Assembly: GCA_963829375.1 (NCBI GenBank)
Contig: CAWHIS010000018.1
Span: 46,992 to 110,991 of the forward strand
Length of the DNA stretch: 64,000 nt
Source: an uncultured beta proteobacterium
GTDB lineage: Bacteria > Pseudomonadota > Gammaproteobacteria > Burkholderiales > Casimicrobiaceae
Reading direction: 5' to 3'
Below, piece by piece: positions 1-8,976 of the stretch (positions within the stretch are counted from its first letter, which is position 1; each line of letters begins with the position of its first letter). The notes beneath the pieces were generated by a model. The model was given only the letters and a program-made list of their open reading frames with translations, was not told the DNA's origin and did not search any database. A program made the translations under genes and the position numbers.

Positions 1-37
1 CGGGTGAAAAGGTGATCGTTGCGTGATACAGGAGGCA

Positions 38-745
38 TTATCGGTCGCGAGGTTCTCGCGCGGAGGACTCGATGAAGAGGGCTGCGATTGCGCGCGCGCG
101 CTGCTCGACGGCGCGCACGTCGACCGGCCCGAAGACGTCAGAGATGACAGCCACCGCGTCGGCACCGGCCGCGATGAGCAAGGGCGCGTTTGCGGCAGTG
201 ATGCCGCCGATGGCGACGACGGGAACATTCCAGCGCTGCTTCGCGCCCGACAACAGCGCGTCGGTCGCCCGCACAGCGCCCGGCTTGACCGACGACGCAA
301 AAAAACTGCCGAAGGCGATGTAGTCGGCCCCGGCGGCTACCGCCGCATCGGCACGCGCCAGGGAGTCGTAACACGATACGCCGATCATCGGCTGCAGGCC
401 GAGGCGCCTCCGGGCCGAAGCGACCGTCGCGTCATCGCGTCCGAGATGGACGCCGTCTGCGCCGACCGATGCAGCGAGTTCGACATCGTCGTTCACGATA
501 AAGATCGCGTTGGAGGCGGAGCACGCTTCGCGCAATGCCAGCGCCTGCTCGAGGCGAAGCGCTGGAGTGCCGGTCTTGTTGCGATATTGGATCGCGCTTG
601 CACCACCGGCGAGCGCGGCGCGCACCTGGGCGGATAGACGGGCAGTGTCCGCGCACTCGGGAGTCAGCGCATAGAGTCCCGAGAGCGACACATGCAAGTG
701 CGCGGACAACGCCACGACCATGCGTTCAATGCCGGTGGATGTCAC
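38..745 (-). CDS. thiE: thiamine-phosphate synthase
   Basis: 235-aa ORF with ThiE TIM-barrel motifs (AIQYRNK, DGVHLGRDD, VSCYDS, ADYIAFGSFF.SSVKP, VVAIGGI). Lies directly downstream of thiD. An alternative ATG at 721 would remove the 20-nt overlap with thiD. Confidence 0.85.
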   Translation of the reverse strand: MTSTGIERMVVALSAHLHVSLSGLYALTPECADTARLSAQVRAALAGGASAIQYRNKTGTPALRLEQALALREACSASNAIFIVNDDVELAASVGADGVHLGRDDATVASARRRLGLQPMIGVSCYDSLARADAAVAAGADYIAFGSFFASSVKPGAVRATDALLSGAKQRWNVPVVAIGGITAANAPLLIAAGADAVAVISDVFGPVDVRAVEQRARAIAALFIESSAREPRDR

Positions 746-1649
746 TCAGCGGCGCGCTGACCGGCGCGCCGGACGGCGCTGGCGACTTGGTCGCTTCGCC
801 CGGGTCGTCGCGAGCCTCGGCCGGGCCGTCTCCTTCACGCGCCCAGAACAGCCGGTCCGGCAGGAATTGGCCCATCCCAGGGCGATATGCTTTTTGCAGC
901 GCATGCCAGGTGTAGTCCTGGGCTTCGCGCACGGCTTCGGGCAACTCGAGCCCGTTCGCCAGCATTGCGGCGATCGCCGACGCAAGCGTGCACCCGGAAC
1001 CGTGATACGTGCCGGGAAGACGCTGCCAGCTGTCCGTGCGCACCACGCCGTTCTTGCCATAGAGCGTGTTGATGACCTGCGGCGTCGGTTCATGCGTGCC
1101 GGTGATCAGGACGAATTCTGCTCCGGCCTCGATCAGATGTTGCGCGCAAACCGCCAGCGACGGCTCTTCGTCCTCATCGGCATCGGCAAGACGCCGCGCC
1201 TCCATGCTGTTCGGGGTCAGGATCGTGGTTTGCGGCAGCAAGAGCTCGCGCATTGCGTGCAACATCTCGTCGCTGGCGAGCTCGTCACCGCGTCCCGAGG
1301 CAAGCACCGGATCGAGTATCAGAGGAATGTCGGGGTAATCGGAAATGATCTCGGCGATCGCTGCGATGTTCTCCACGCTGCCCAGCGCGCCGATCTTGAA
1401 CGCATCGATCGGCATGTCCTCGAGCAGGCAGCGCGCCTGATCGGCGACCCACTCCGCCTCGATTGGCTGCACCGCCTCGACGCCGAGGGTATCCTGCACC
1501 GTGATCGCGGTGATGACGGTCAACGGGTGACAGCCCATGCTGGCGAGTGTCAGGAGGTCGGCCTGCATACCCGCGCCTCCAGACGGGTCGGAAGCCGCGA
1601 ATGTCAGCACGAGCGGCGGAAAATCGGGATCGCTATCGGTGGTCGGCAT
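726..1649 (-). CDS. thiD: bifunctional hydroxymethylpyrimidine / phosphomethylpyrimidine kinase
   Basis: 307-aa ORF with an N-terminal SDPSGGAGMQADL motif, VITAITVQDT and GTGCTLASAIAA (PfkB/ThiD family). The C-terminal tail is unusually long, about 40 aa and Pro/Ala-rich. Confidence 0.9.
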   Translation of the reverse strand: MPTTDSDPDFPPLVLTFAASDPSGGAGMQADLLTLASMGCHPLTVITAITVQDTLGVEAVQPIEAEWVADQARCLLEDMPIDAFKIGALGSVENIAAIAEIISDYPDIPLILDPVLASGRGDELASDEMLHAMRELLLPQTTILTPNSMEARRLADADEDEEPSLAVCAQHLIEAGAEFVLITGTHEPTPQVINTLYGKNGVVRTDSWQRLPGTYHGSGCTLASAIAAMLANGLELPEAVREAQDYTWHALQKAYRPGMGQFLPDRLFWAREGDGPAEARDDPGEATKSPAPSGAPVSAPLSDIHRH

Positions 1650-1712
1650 CGCGGAATCGCTTCAGGCGGCGGTCGATCACGGAAACCGCCCCGTCACCTG
1701 CGCCGGTGGACT

Positions 1713-1721
1713 TGGTAAAAT
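1713..1721 (+). promoter_or_regulatory. candidate extended -10 promoter element (TGGTAAAAT) for rubredoxin
   Basis: TGgTAAAAT lies 31 nt upstream of the rubredoxin ATG, in the 102-bp divergent thiD/rubredoxin spacer. No good -35 was seen. Confidence 0.25.
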
Positions 1722-1751
1722 GTGATTTTACTCCAACGGTTCCGCCACCGA

Positions 1752-1916
1752 ATGAAAAAATACATGTGCCTCATCTGCGGTCACATCTACGACGAGGCCT
1801 TTGGCGACCCGGATACGGGGATACCGCCCGGCACCAAGTGGGAGGACGTGCCTCCGAACTGGACGTGTCCCGATTGTGGCGCGCGCAAGGAAGACTACGA
1901 GCTGCTCGAGTTCTGA
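1752..1916 (+). CDS. rubredoxin
   Basis: 54 aa from the internal ATG ([15 protein letters not shown]...[16 protein letters not shown]) with two CxxCG iron-binding knuckles. The ORF track start at 1722 is probably too long. Confidence 0.9.
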   Translation: MKKYMCLICGHIYDEAFGDPDTGIPPGTKWEDVPPNWTCPDCGARKEDYELLEF

Positions 1917-1935
1917 AGAAACCCTGGAGACTGTG

Positions 1936-2328
<393 letters not shown>

Positions 2329-2351
2329 AATCTGCGCCTGATCTCAAGATT

Positions 2352-2428
2352 CGTCGTCCTCGCGAAAGCGGGGATCCATTTTCGGCAGTGCAAGGTCAAC
2401 ATGGATTCCCGCCTGCGCGGGAATGACG
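2352..2428. repeat. inverted pair of REP-like hairpin elements (the RLRGNDG-type repeat)
   Basis: Copy A is 2352-2379, cgtcgtcctcgcgaaagcggggatccat. The reverse complement of copy B (2401-2428) is cgtcattcccgcgcaggcgggaatccat. Each copy is an internal hairpin (attcccgc-N4-gcgggaat type). Copy B translates as MDSRLRGNDG. Confidence 0.75.
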
Positions 2429-2430
2429 GG

Positions 2431-3042
2431 TCACAGGGCGTGGAGCGCCACTACGCCTTCGGGTGCAGAAGGACGCTGATGTCGTGGGCGAACACCTGCG
2501 GGCCCTGGCCGTAACTCACGTAGACGCGCAAGCCGTCCCTCCGGATCGAAGATGAACGTTCCGGCTGAATGGTCCATGCTGTAGCTGCCTGGGGTCGTGC
2601 CGGGTTGCTTCTGGTAGAGCACCTTGAATTCCTTGGCGACCTCGGCCGTGGCCTGTGCGTCGCCCCGCAACCCAAGAAATGTCGGATTGAATGCGGGTAC
2701 ATATTGCGCAAGCAACGCGGCCGTGTCGCGCTCGGGATCGATCGTGACGAACAGCACCTGAACGCGCGCGGCATCCGCTCCGAGGGTCTGCATCACTGCG
2801 GCCAGTTCGGACAACGTCGTCGGGCACGCATCCGGGCATTGCGTATACCCGAAGAACATGACCACGACCTTGCCACGATAATCCGCGAGCGTGCGCTGGC
2901 GGCCTTCGGGATCGGTCAATCTGAAATCGCGCCCGAAGCTGGCGCCGGTGACGTCGGAGCCCTCGAATTTCGGCGACGCCGGACCGCAGGCGGCGACGCC
3001 GGCGGCCACCAGCACAACCATCAGAAAACGCGCGAACTTCAT
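2431..3042 (-). CDS. SCO/SenC family copper chaperone for cytochrome oxidase (C-terminus apparently frameshifted)
   Basis: Signal/anchor [19 protein letters not shown]. Thioredoxin-fold CPDACPTTL motif and [15 protein letters not shown]. The conserved tail [25 protein letters not shown] is in the +1 frame and stops at 2451. Confidence 0.85.
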   Translation of the reverse strand: MKFARFLMVVLVAAGVAACGPASPKFEGSDVTGASFGRDFRLTDPEGRQRTLADYRGKVVVMFFGYTQCPDACPTTLSELAAVMQTLGADAARVQVLFVTIDPERDTAALLAQYVPAFNPTFLGLRGDAQATAEVAKEFKVLYQKQPGTTPGSYSMDHSAGTFIFDPEGRLARLRELRPGPAGVRPRHQRPSAPEGVVALHAL

Positions 3043-3920
3043 TGCCAGTAGTGGTCGATCAAGAGCGCAGAAAACAGCGCGGCGAGATAGACGATCGAAA
3101 AACGGAAAGTGCGCCGGGCCAGCTCATCGCTGTAACGGCGATAGAGCTGCACCGCATAGCCGATGAACACGGCACCGAGACCGACGGCTGCGGCGAGGTA
3201 GATCGCGCCGCTCATTCTGATCGCGAATGGCAGGAGCGATACCGCGAACAGGGCGACCGTATACAGCACGATCTGCAGACGCGTGTACTCTGCGCCGTGC
3301 GTCACGGGCAGCATCGGCAAGCCTGCTCTGGCGTATTCCTGGGCGCGATAGAGAGCAAGCGACCAGAAATGCGGCGGTGTCCAGACGAAAATGACCAGAA
3401 AAAGCAGCAGCGCTTCAGGCGCCACATCATTGGCAACCGCCGCCCAACCGAGCACCGGGGGCATCGCGCCGGAAGCGCCACCAATCACGATGTTCTGCGG
3501 CGTGGCCGGCTTGAGCAGGACGGTATAGACAATTGCGTATCCGACGAACGTCACCAGTGTCAGCCACATGGTCAGTGCGTTGACCTTGGCGTACAGGACG
3601 AACAATCCCGTCGCGCCGACGAGGGCGGCGAATACCAACGTCTGCGCAGAAGACAGCTCGCCACGAGGCAGCGGGCGCGTGCGCGTGCGGGCCATCACTG
3701 CGTCGATCTTCTGTTCCACCAGGCAATTGATCGCGGCGGCCGCACCCGCCACGAGCGCGATGCCAAGTGTGCCGAAGACAACCACCGACAGCGGCGGCAA
3801 TCCCGGTGTGGCGAGGAACATGCCGATCACCGCAGTAAATACGATCAGCGACACGACGCGCGGCTTGGTCAGCGCAAAAAACTGACGCAGGCGGGCCTGG
3901 GGAAGAACGAGCGTATTCAT
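3039..3920 (-). CDS. cyoE: protoheme IX farnesyltransferase (heme O synthase)
   Basis: 293-aa polytopic UbiA-family ORF ([13 protein letters not shown]..., [32 protein letters not shown]). ATGA overlap with the SCO gene. Confidence 0.92.
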   Translation of the reverse strand: MNTLVLPQARLRQFFALTKPRVVSLIVFTAVIGMFLATPGLPPLSVVVFGTLGIALVAGAAAAINCLVEQKIDAVMARTRTRPLPRGELSSAQTLVFAALVGATGLFVLYAKVNALTMWLTLVTFVGYAIVYTVLLKPATPQNIVIGGASGAMPPVLGWAAVANDVAPEALLLFLVIFVWTPPHFWSLALYRAQEYARAGLPMLPVTHGAEYTRLQIVLYTVALFAVSLLPFAIRMSGAIYLAAAVGLGAVFIGYAVQLYRRYSDELARRTFRFSIVYLAALFSALLIDHYWQ

Positions 3921-4005
3921 TGTCGGAGAACTTCTCAGTACGCGGGAACGCGGCGGTCCGCGGCAATTCGACCAGAATTCCAGTCTATCTTATCATCCCG
4001 GCGGA

Positions 4006-4584
4006 CTATCCTATTTGCGACGCGCGCAACAGGCGGCCGAGATCGGCGGCGAGTCGCTTGATGTCTGGATCGGGTCCGTAGCGCAGCACGAGATTCCCGT
4101 GCGGATCCAGCAGCAAAATGGTCGGACCGCCGTTGGGGTCAAGCGGCAGGCGCGATAGTTCTGCTGGCGCTGCGCTGCCGATCACGAGTCCGGGTTGCGA
4201 CTCCCGCAATTCGACCGATGGCGCAGCGCCCCCGGGGGCGCGCAACCACGCCCGGACTACGCGATCCTGCTCGCGACCCTGCATGGTGCGCGCCTGCCGC
4301 GTGGCGTACAGCGCGCGGTCGCAAGCCACAGTACAGTCGGTGCCCGTCACTATCAGCATCACCCACTGACCATGCAAGTCGGCAAGCGTAAAGGATGTTC
4401 CATCGAGACGCACGCCGGTGACAGGCGGCGTCGGCCCCGGCGCGAGCAGTTCGCCGTAGTTGACCCGCTTGTCCGGGGCAAACCAGTAGTAGGTCATGTA
4501 CGAGGCGACGATCGGCGATGCAGCGACCAGCGCCATCAACAGCAGCGTCCGGCGCCCCCTGCCTTGGGTGTGCTGCGCAGCCAT
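4006..4584 (-). CDS. membrane-anchored thioredoxin-fold-like protein of the cox biogenesis cluster (hypothetical)
   Basis: 192 aa from the ATG at 4584, which forms an ATGA overlap with the SURF1 stop. One N-terminal TM helix, a CTVAC (CxxxC) motif and a SCO-like ending LLLDPHGNLVLRY. No precise family name recalled. Confidence 0.6.
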   Translation of the reverse strand: MAAQHTQGRGRRTLLLMALVAASPIVASYMTYYWFAPDKRVNYGELLAPGPTPPVTGVRLDGTSFTLADLHGQWVMLIVTGTDCTVACDRALYATRQARTMQGREQDRVVRAWLRAPGGAAPSVELRESQPGLVIGSAAPAELSRLPLDPNGGPTILLLDPHGNLVLRYGPDPDIKRLAADLGRLLRASQIG

Positions 4585-5318
4585 CACGCTGCCCGCGCGC
4601 GCCAGTTGAGTCCGACCCAAAGGACGCATCCCAGCAGCCCGAGCGAATACCATTGAAGCATGTAACTTCGATGCTGCTCGATGCCGAAGTCCGGCACAGC
4701 CCAGTCGCGTACGAGTCCGTCGGGCGACTCTCCGGTCTGCTCGACAATGTAGGGGAGCAGCGGCAACCCGCTCGCGGTGGCCAGGCGCGCGATGTCCAGA
4801 TTCTGCCGTACCGGGCCCGTCGCGTTGTCCGCGCCCAATTCGAGATAATGCTGTGGCGGAAGATCGAGGCGGCCCTCCACCGTCACGCTTCCCGTCGGCG
4901 GCGGCACCTGCGGCAACTCCGCTCGCCGCGGGCCGGCGCGGATCCAGCCGCGGTCGACCAGCACGTAGTTGCCGTCAGTGAGCTTCAGCGGGGTCACGAC
5001 GTGATAGCCGGGCTGGCCGGCGTGCACCTTGTTGTCGATCAGCACTTGGGCGCGCGCGTCGAATTCGCCGGAAGCGCGCACAAGGTGAAACCGCCACCTT
5101 GCAGCGTCGCTTGCCGTTCGCACAAGGGCGAGCTGCATCGGCGGCTCCCGTGCAGCCACATCATATTGGGCTTGCAACGCCTCCTTCTGCCCGGCGCGCT
5201 GCCGCTGCCAGTTGCCGAGGCTGAGCGTCGCGGCGACTAGCACGATGAGCCCCAGTGTCGGCCACAAGGTCGGTCGGAATTGCCGTCGCGTCAGGAACGA
5301 AGCAATCGCGTGGAACAT
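4584..5318 (-). CDS. SURF1 family cytochrome oxidase assembly protein
   Basis: 244 aa with two terminal TM helices and the motifs LGNWQ..R, GYHVVTPL and VLVDRGWI. Confidence 0.88.
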   Translation of the reverse strand: MFHAIASFLTRRQFRPTLWPTLGLIVLVAATLSLGNWQRQRAGQKEALQAQYDVAAREPPMQLALVRTASDAARWRFHLVRASGEFDARAQVLIDNKVHAGQPGYHVVTPLKLTDGNYVLVDRGWIRAGPRRAELPQVPPPTGSVTVEGRLDLPPQHYLELGADNATGPVRQNLDIARLATASGLPLLPYIVEQTGESPDGLVRDWAVPDFGIEQHRSYMLQWYSLGLLGCVLWVGLNWRARAA

Positions 5319-5378
5319 CGGCCTGCTAGACTATTCGGGTCGCAATCCGCACTTTCGGTTGCGCACTGCGAGCCTGCA

Positions 5379-5582
5379 TTGATCAAAGTCGTCGTCATCG
5401 TTGCGCTAGCGCTCATCGTCACCAGTCTGGGAACGGCGCTGTACTACCTTTATCACGATCGCGGGAAGGGAACGCGCATGGTCAAGGCGTTGGCGATCCG
5501 CGTTGCACTGTCGGCGAGCCTCATCATTTTCCTCGTGGTCAGCTACAAGCTGGGCTGGATCGGCGATCACGGTCTGCGCTGA
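5379..5582 (+). CDS. twin transmembrane helix small protein (DUF2909)
   Basis: The conserved part begins at the in-frame TTG at 5379 (LIKVVVIVALALIVTSLGTALYYLYHDRGKGTRMVKALAIRVALSASLIIFLVV). The 100-aa ORF from 5280 overlaps the SURF1 start on the opposite strand. The exact start is uncertain. Confidence 0.7.
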   Translation: MIKVVVIVALALIVTSLGTALYYLYHDRGKGTRMVKALAIRVALSASLIIFLVVSYKLGWIGDHGLR

Positions 5583-5649
5583 CTGGCGTGGGCGATGAAA
5601 AAGCCGCACGGTTGCCCGCGCGGCTCGGCTTCGACGTAAGCTCGACTCG

Positions 5650-6507
5650 CTACATCCAGTAGACAAGGATGAACAGCAGCAACCAGACCACGTCTACAAA
5701 GTGCCAGTACCATGCCGCGGCTTCGAAGGCGAAATGGTGCTGCGCGTCGAAATGGCCCCGGAATATCCGCAGCAGCATGACCGTCAGCATGATCGCCCCG
5801 ATCGTTACGTGGAAGCCGTGGAAGCCAGTCAGCATGAAAAACGTCGAACCATAGACGCCGGTCGACAGCTTGAGGTTGAGCTCGCTGTACGCGTGCGTGT
5901 ATTCGTAGGCCTGGAAGCCCAGGAACGTGAAACCGAGCACGATGGTGATGAACAGCCAGAACTTCAGCGCCCCGCGATGACCGGCCTTCAGCGCGTGATG
6001 GGCGACCGTGAGCGTTCCGCCCGACGATACCAGCAGGATCGTATTGAGCAGAGGGATGCCGATCGCGGCCATCGGCGTGAACGCGTCGGCAAGATACGGG
6101 CCGTTGGTCGGCCACATCGACGTGTAGTTTGGCCACAGCAGCTTGTTTTCCATGTCGCCGAGCCATGGCACCGACAGGTTGCGGACGTAGAACAGCGCGC
6201 CGAAGAACGCCGCAAAAAACATTACTTCCGAGAAAATGAACCAGCTCATCCCCCAGCGGAACGACACGTCGACCTTGCGGTTGTACAGATGACGCCCGGA
6301 TTCGTCGATCACGCGTCCGAACCAGCCGAACATCATCGTCACCAGCACCGCGAAGCCGGCGAGCACCATCCACGGGCCGAACGCGTAGGCATTGAACCAG
6401 CTCGCCGCGCCTATCGCCATCAGCAACAGCGCGCACGAACCGGTGATCGGCCAGTGCGAGGGCTGCGGCACGTAGTAATACGGGTCGGCCTTGTTTGCGG
6501 TGCTCAT
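5650..6507 (-). CDS. ctaE: cytochrome c oxidase subunit III
   Basis: 285 aa, seven-helix COX3 signature (GFHGFHVTIGAIML, FEAAAWYWHFVDVVWL). Confidence 0.95.
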   Translation of the reverse strand: MSTANKADPYYYVPQPSHWPITGSCALLLMAIGAASWFNAYAFGPWMVLAGFAVLVTMMFGWFGRVIDESGRHLYNRKVDVSFRWGMSWFIFSEVMFFAAFFGALFYVRNLSVPWLGDMENKLLWPNYTSMWPTNGPYLADAFTPMAAIGIPLLNTILLVSSGGTLTVAHHALKAGHRGALKFWLFITIVLGFTFLGFQAYEYTHAYSELNLKLSTGVYGSTFFMLTGFHGFHVTIGAIMLTVMLLRIFRGHFDAQHHFAFEAAAWYWHFVDVVWLLLFILVYWM

Positions 6508-6529
6508 GCTCTGCTCCTCGTCTTGCTTA

Positions 6530-7123
6530 TCAGGTTCTGCTTGCGGGGTCGCGCGCCTGGGTCAGGTTACCTTCGACTTCGAAGAACGTGTACGACAGCG
6601 TGATGGTGTTGACGTCCGCGGGCAATCGCGAATCGATGACGAATACAACCGGCATCTGCCGCTTCTCGTGCGGCTGGAAGGACTGCTTCGTGAAACAGAA
6701 GCACTCGAGTTTCTTGAAGTACTCGCCAGCAAGCCGCGGGCCGTAGCTAGGTACGGCTTGTCCTGTCACCGGACGGTCGCTGGTGTTTTCCACTTCATAG
6801 ACTACCTGCGTCAATTCGCCGGGATGCACGCTGATGACGGCTGTCAGCGGCCGGAACTGCCACGGCAACTTGTTCACGTTCGCGTCGAGTTCAACACGCA
6901 CGGTGCGCGAGGCGTCTACCTGGGTGTTGATTTCTGTGTCGGCAACAGCTATGTCACGCAGACCCGTGACCTTGCAAATTTGATCGTAGAACGGAACCAG
7001 CGCGTAGCCGAAAGCGAACATCATGACGACGACGAGCGCAAGCTTGCCCACTAGCGTGCGGTTGGCGCGCCTCGCGTCGTCCGGTTGGCTGCCGTTCCCC
7101 TTGGGATTCATCGGCGCGCTCAT
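6530..7123 (-). CDS. ctaG: cytochrome c oxidase assembly protein CtaG/Cox11
   Basis: 197 aa, N-terminal TM helix plus the Cox11 copper motif KKLECFCFTKQ. Confidence 0.93.
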   Translation of the reverse strand: MSAPMNPKGNGSQPDDARRANRTLVGKLALVVVMMFAFGYALVPFYDQICKVTGLRDIAVADTEINTQVDASRTVRVELDANVNKLPWQFRPLTAVISVHPGELTQVVYEVENTSDRPVTGQAVPSYGPRLAGEYFKKLECFCFTKQSFQPHEKRQMPVVFVIDSRLPADVNTITLSYTFFEVEGNLTQARDPASRT

Positions 7124-7323
7124 TTCCGTAGATTCCGGCCGATGGCGACCAGCAAGAAGCCGATGACGCCGAAGCCCAGCACGCTCATCCCGATGGTCGG
7201 TTCGCCGTAGTACTGCGCGTAAATGATGCCGCCGAAAAACACCAGCGCGATCGACGCCAGGATCAGCGCGGTGCGTATGCTGGCGATACGCCGGGTGTCG
7301 CCATCGGTGCCGGGTTGCGTCAT
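7120..7323 (-). CDS. small two-TM membrane protein of the cox operon (cytochrome oxidase small assembly protein-like)
   Basis: 67 aa with two hydrophobic helices. ATGA overlap with ctaG. It sits between ctaD and ctaG, as in other betaproteobacterial cox operons. Confidence 0.6.
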   Translation of the reverse strand: MTQPGTDGDTRRIASIRTALILASIALVFFGGIIYAQYYGEPTIGMSVLGFGVIGFLLVAIGRNLRK

Positions 7324-7348
7324 CTCGGATCCAACGTGCCGTCCCGGC

Positions 7349-8947
7349 CTACGCGACGTGCGGCGGGGTTTCGAAGGTGTGATAAGGCAGCGGCGACGGC
7401 AGCGTCCATTCGAGGGTATCCGCGCCTTCCCAGGGTCTGGCGGGCGCCGGCTTGCCGTCGCGGATGCAATTCAGCACGACGTAGAGGAACAGCACCTGCG
7501 ACAGCCCGAACCCGAACGCGCCCACGGTCGCGACCTGGTTGAAGTCGGTGAACTGTGTCGCGTAGTCCGGGACCCGGCGCGGCATGCCCGCAAGACCGAG
7601 AAAATGCATCGGGAAAAACGTTATGTTGAAAAAGATCATCGACAACCAGAAGTGCCACTTGCCGAGCGTCTCGTTGTACATGCGGCCACACCATTTCGGC
7701 AGCCAGTAGTAGATGCCGCCGAAAAAGGCAAACAGCGAACCTGCCACCAGCACATAGTGGAAGTGCGCGACCACGTAGTACGTGTCCTGCAACTGGATGT
7801 CGACGGGCGTGATCGCCAGCACCAGCCCCGTAAAGCCGCCCATGGTGAAGAGGAAGATGAAGCCGATGGCGAATAGCATCGGTGTCTCGAAGGTCATCGA
7901 CCCCCGCCACATCGTCGCCAGCCAATTGAACACTTTTACGCCCGTCGGCACCGCGATAAGCATCGTTGCATACATGAAGAACAGTTGCCCCGCCGCCGGC
8001 ATGCCGACCGTGAACATGTGATGCGCCCAGACGATGAACGAGAGGATCGCGATCGACGAAGTCGCGTAGACCATCGACGCGTAGCCGAACAGCGGCTTGC
8101 GAGAGAATGCGGGAATGATCGTGGAGACGATCCCGAACGACGGCAGGATCATGATATAGACCTCGGGATGTCCGAAAAACCAGAAAATGTGCTGGAACAT
8201 CACCGGGTCGCCGCCGCCTGCGGCGTTGAAGAAGCTGGTGCCGAAATGGCGGTCGGTGAGCAGCATCGTCACCGCTCCGGCCAGCACTGGCATCACTGCA
8301 ATCAGCAGGTACGCCGTGATCAGCCATGTCCATACGAACAGCGGCATTTTCATCAGCGTCATGCCGGGTGCACGCAGGTTGAGGATGGTCGTGATGATGT
8401 TGATCGAGCCCATGATCGACGACGCGCCCATGATGTGGACGGCAAAGATCGTCAGGTCCATGCCCATGCCCGCCTGCACCGACAGCGGCGCGTACAGCGT
8501 CCATCCACCCGCCGCCGCGCCACCCGGTACGAAGAAAGATCCGATCAGCAGCGATGCCGCGAACGGCAGCAGCCAGAAGCTCCAGTTGTTCAGCCGCCCG
8601 AAAGCCATATCCGGCGCGCCGATCATGAGCGGCACCTGCCAGTTGGCGAAGCCCACCGCTGCGGGCATGATCGCGCCAAAAATCATGATCAGGCCGTGCA
8701 GTGTCGTCAGAGAGTTGAAGAATTCGGGATCGACAATCTGCAATCCGGGTTGGAACAATTCGGTGCGAATCGTCAGCGCGAGACAGCCGCCGGCGAAAAA
8801 CATGATGAACGAGAACCAAAGGTAGAGTGTCCCGATATCCTTGTGGTTGGTCGTCGTGATCCAGCGCATGATCCCGCCGGGATGATGGGCGTGGTCGTCG
8901 TGCGCGAGTTCGTGACCTGCGGCGTGATCGTGCGGAATGCTGCTCAT
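7349..8947 (-). CDS. ctaD: cytochrome c oxidase subunit I
   Basis: 532 aa, canonical heme-copper oxidase subunit I ([25 protein letters not shown]). Confidence 0.97.
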   Translation of the reverse strand: MSSIPHDHAAGHELAHDDHAHHPGGIMRWITTTNHKDIGTLYLWFSFIMFFAGGCLALTIRTELFQPGLQIVDPEFFNSLTTLHGLIMIFGAIMPAAVGFANWQVPLMIGAPDMAFGRLNNWSFWLLPFAASLLIGSFFVPGGAAAGGWTLYAPLSVQAGMGMDLTIFAVHIMGASSIMGSINIITTILNLRAPGMTLMKMPLFVWTWLITAYLLIAVMPVLAGAVTMLLTDRHFGTSFFNAAGGGDPVMFQHIFWFFGHPEVYIMILPSFGIVSTIIPAFSRKPLFGYASMVYATSSIAILSFIVWAHHMFTVGMPAAGQLFFMYATMLIAVPTGVKVFNWLATMWRGSMTFETPMLFAIGFIFLFTMGGFTGLVLAITPVDIQLQDTYYVVAHFHYVLVAGSLFAFFGGIYYWLPKWCGRMYNETLGKWHFWLSMIFFNITFFPMHFLGLAGMPRRVPDYATQFTDFNQVATVGAFGFGLSQVLFLYVVLNCIRDGKPAPARPWEGADTLEWTLPSPLPYHTFETPPHVA

Positions 8948-8976
8948 CGTTCAGTACTCCTCGAGTCGGCGCTGCG

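Noticed and set aside
1650-1751. Possible TPP (THI-box) riboswitch upstream of thiD
   Set aside because: On the minus strand I could find neither the CUGAGA core nor the ACCUGA/pyrimidine-sensor helix motifs. The spacer is only about 100 bp and is shared with the divergent rubredoxin promoter.
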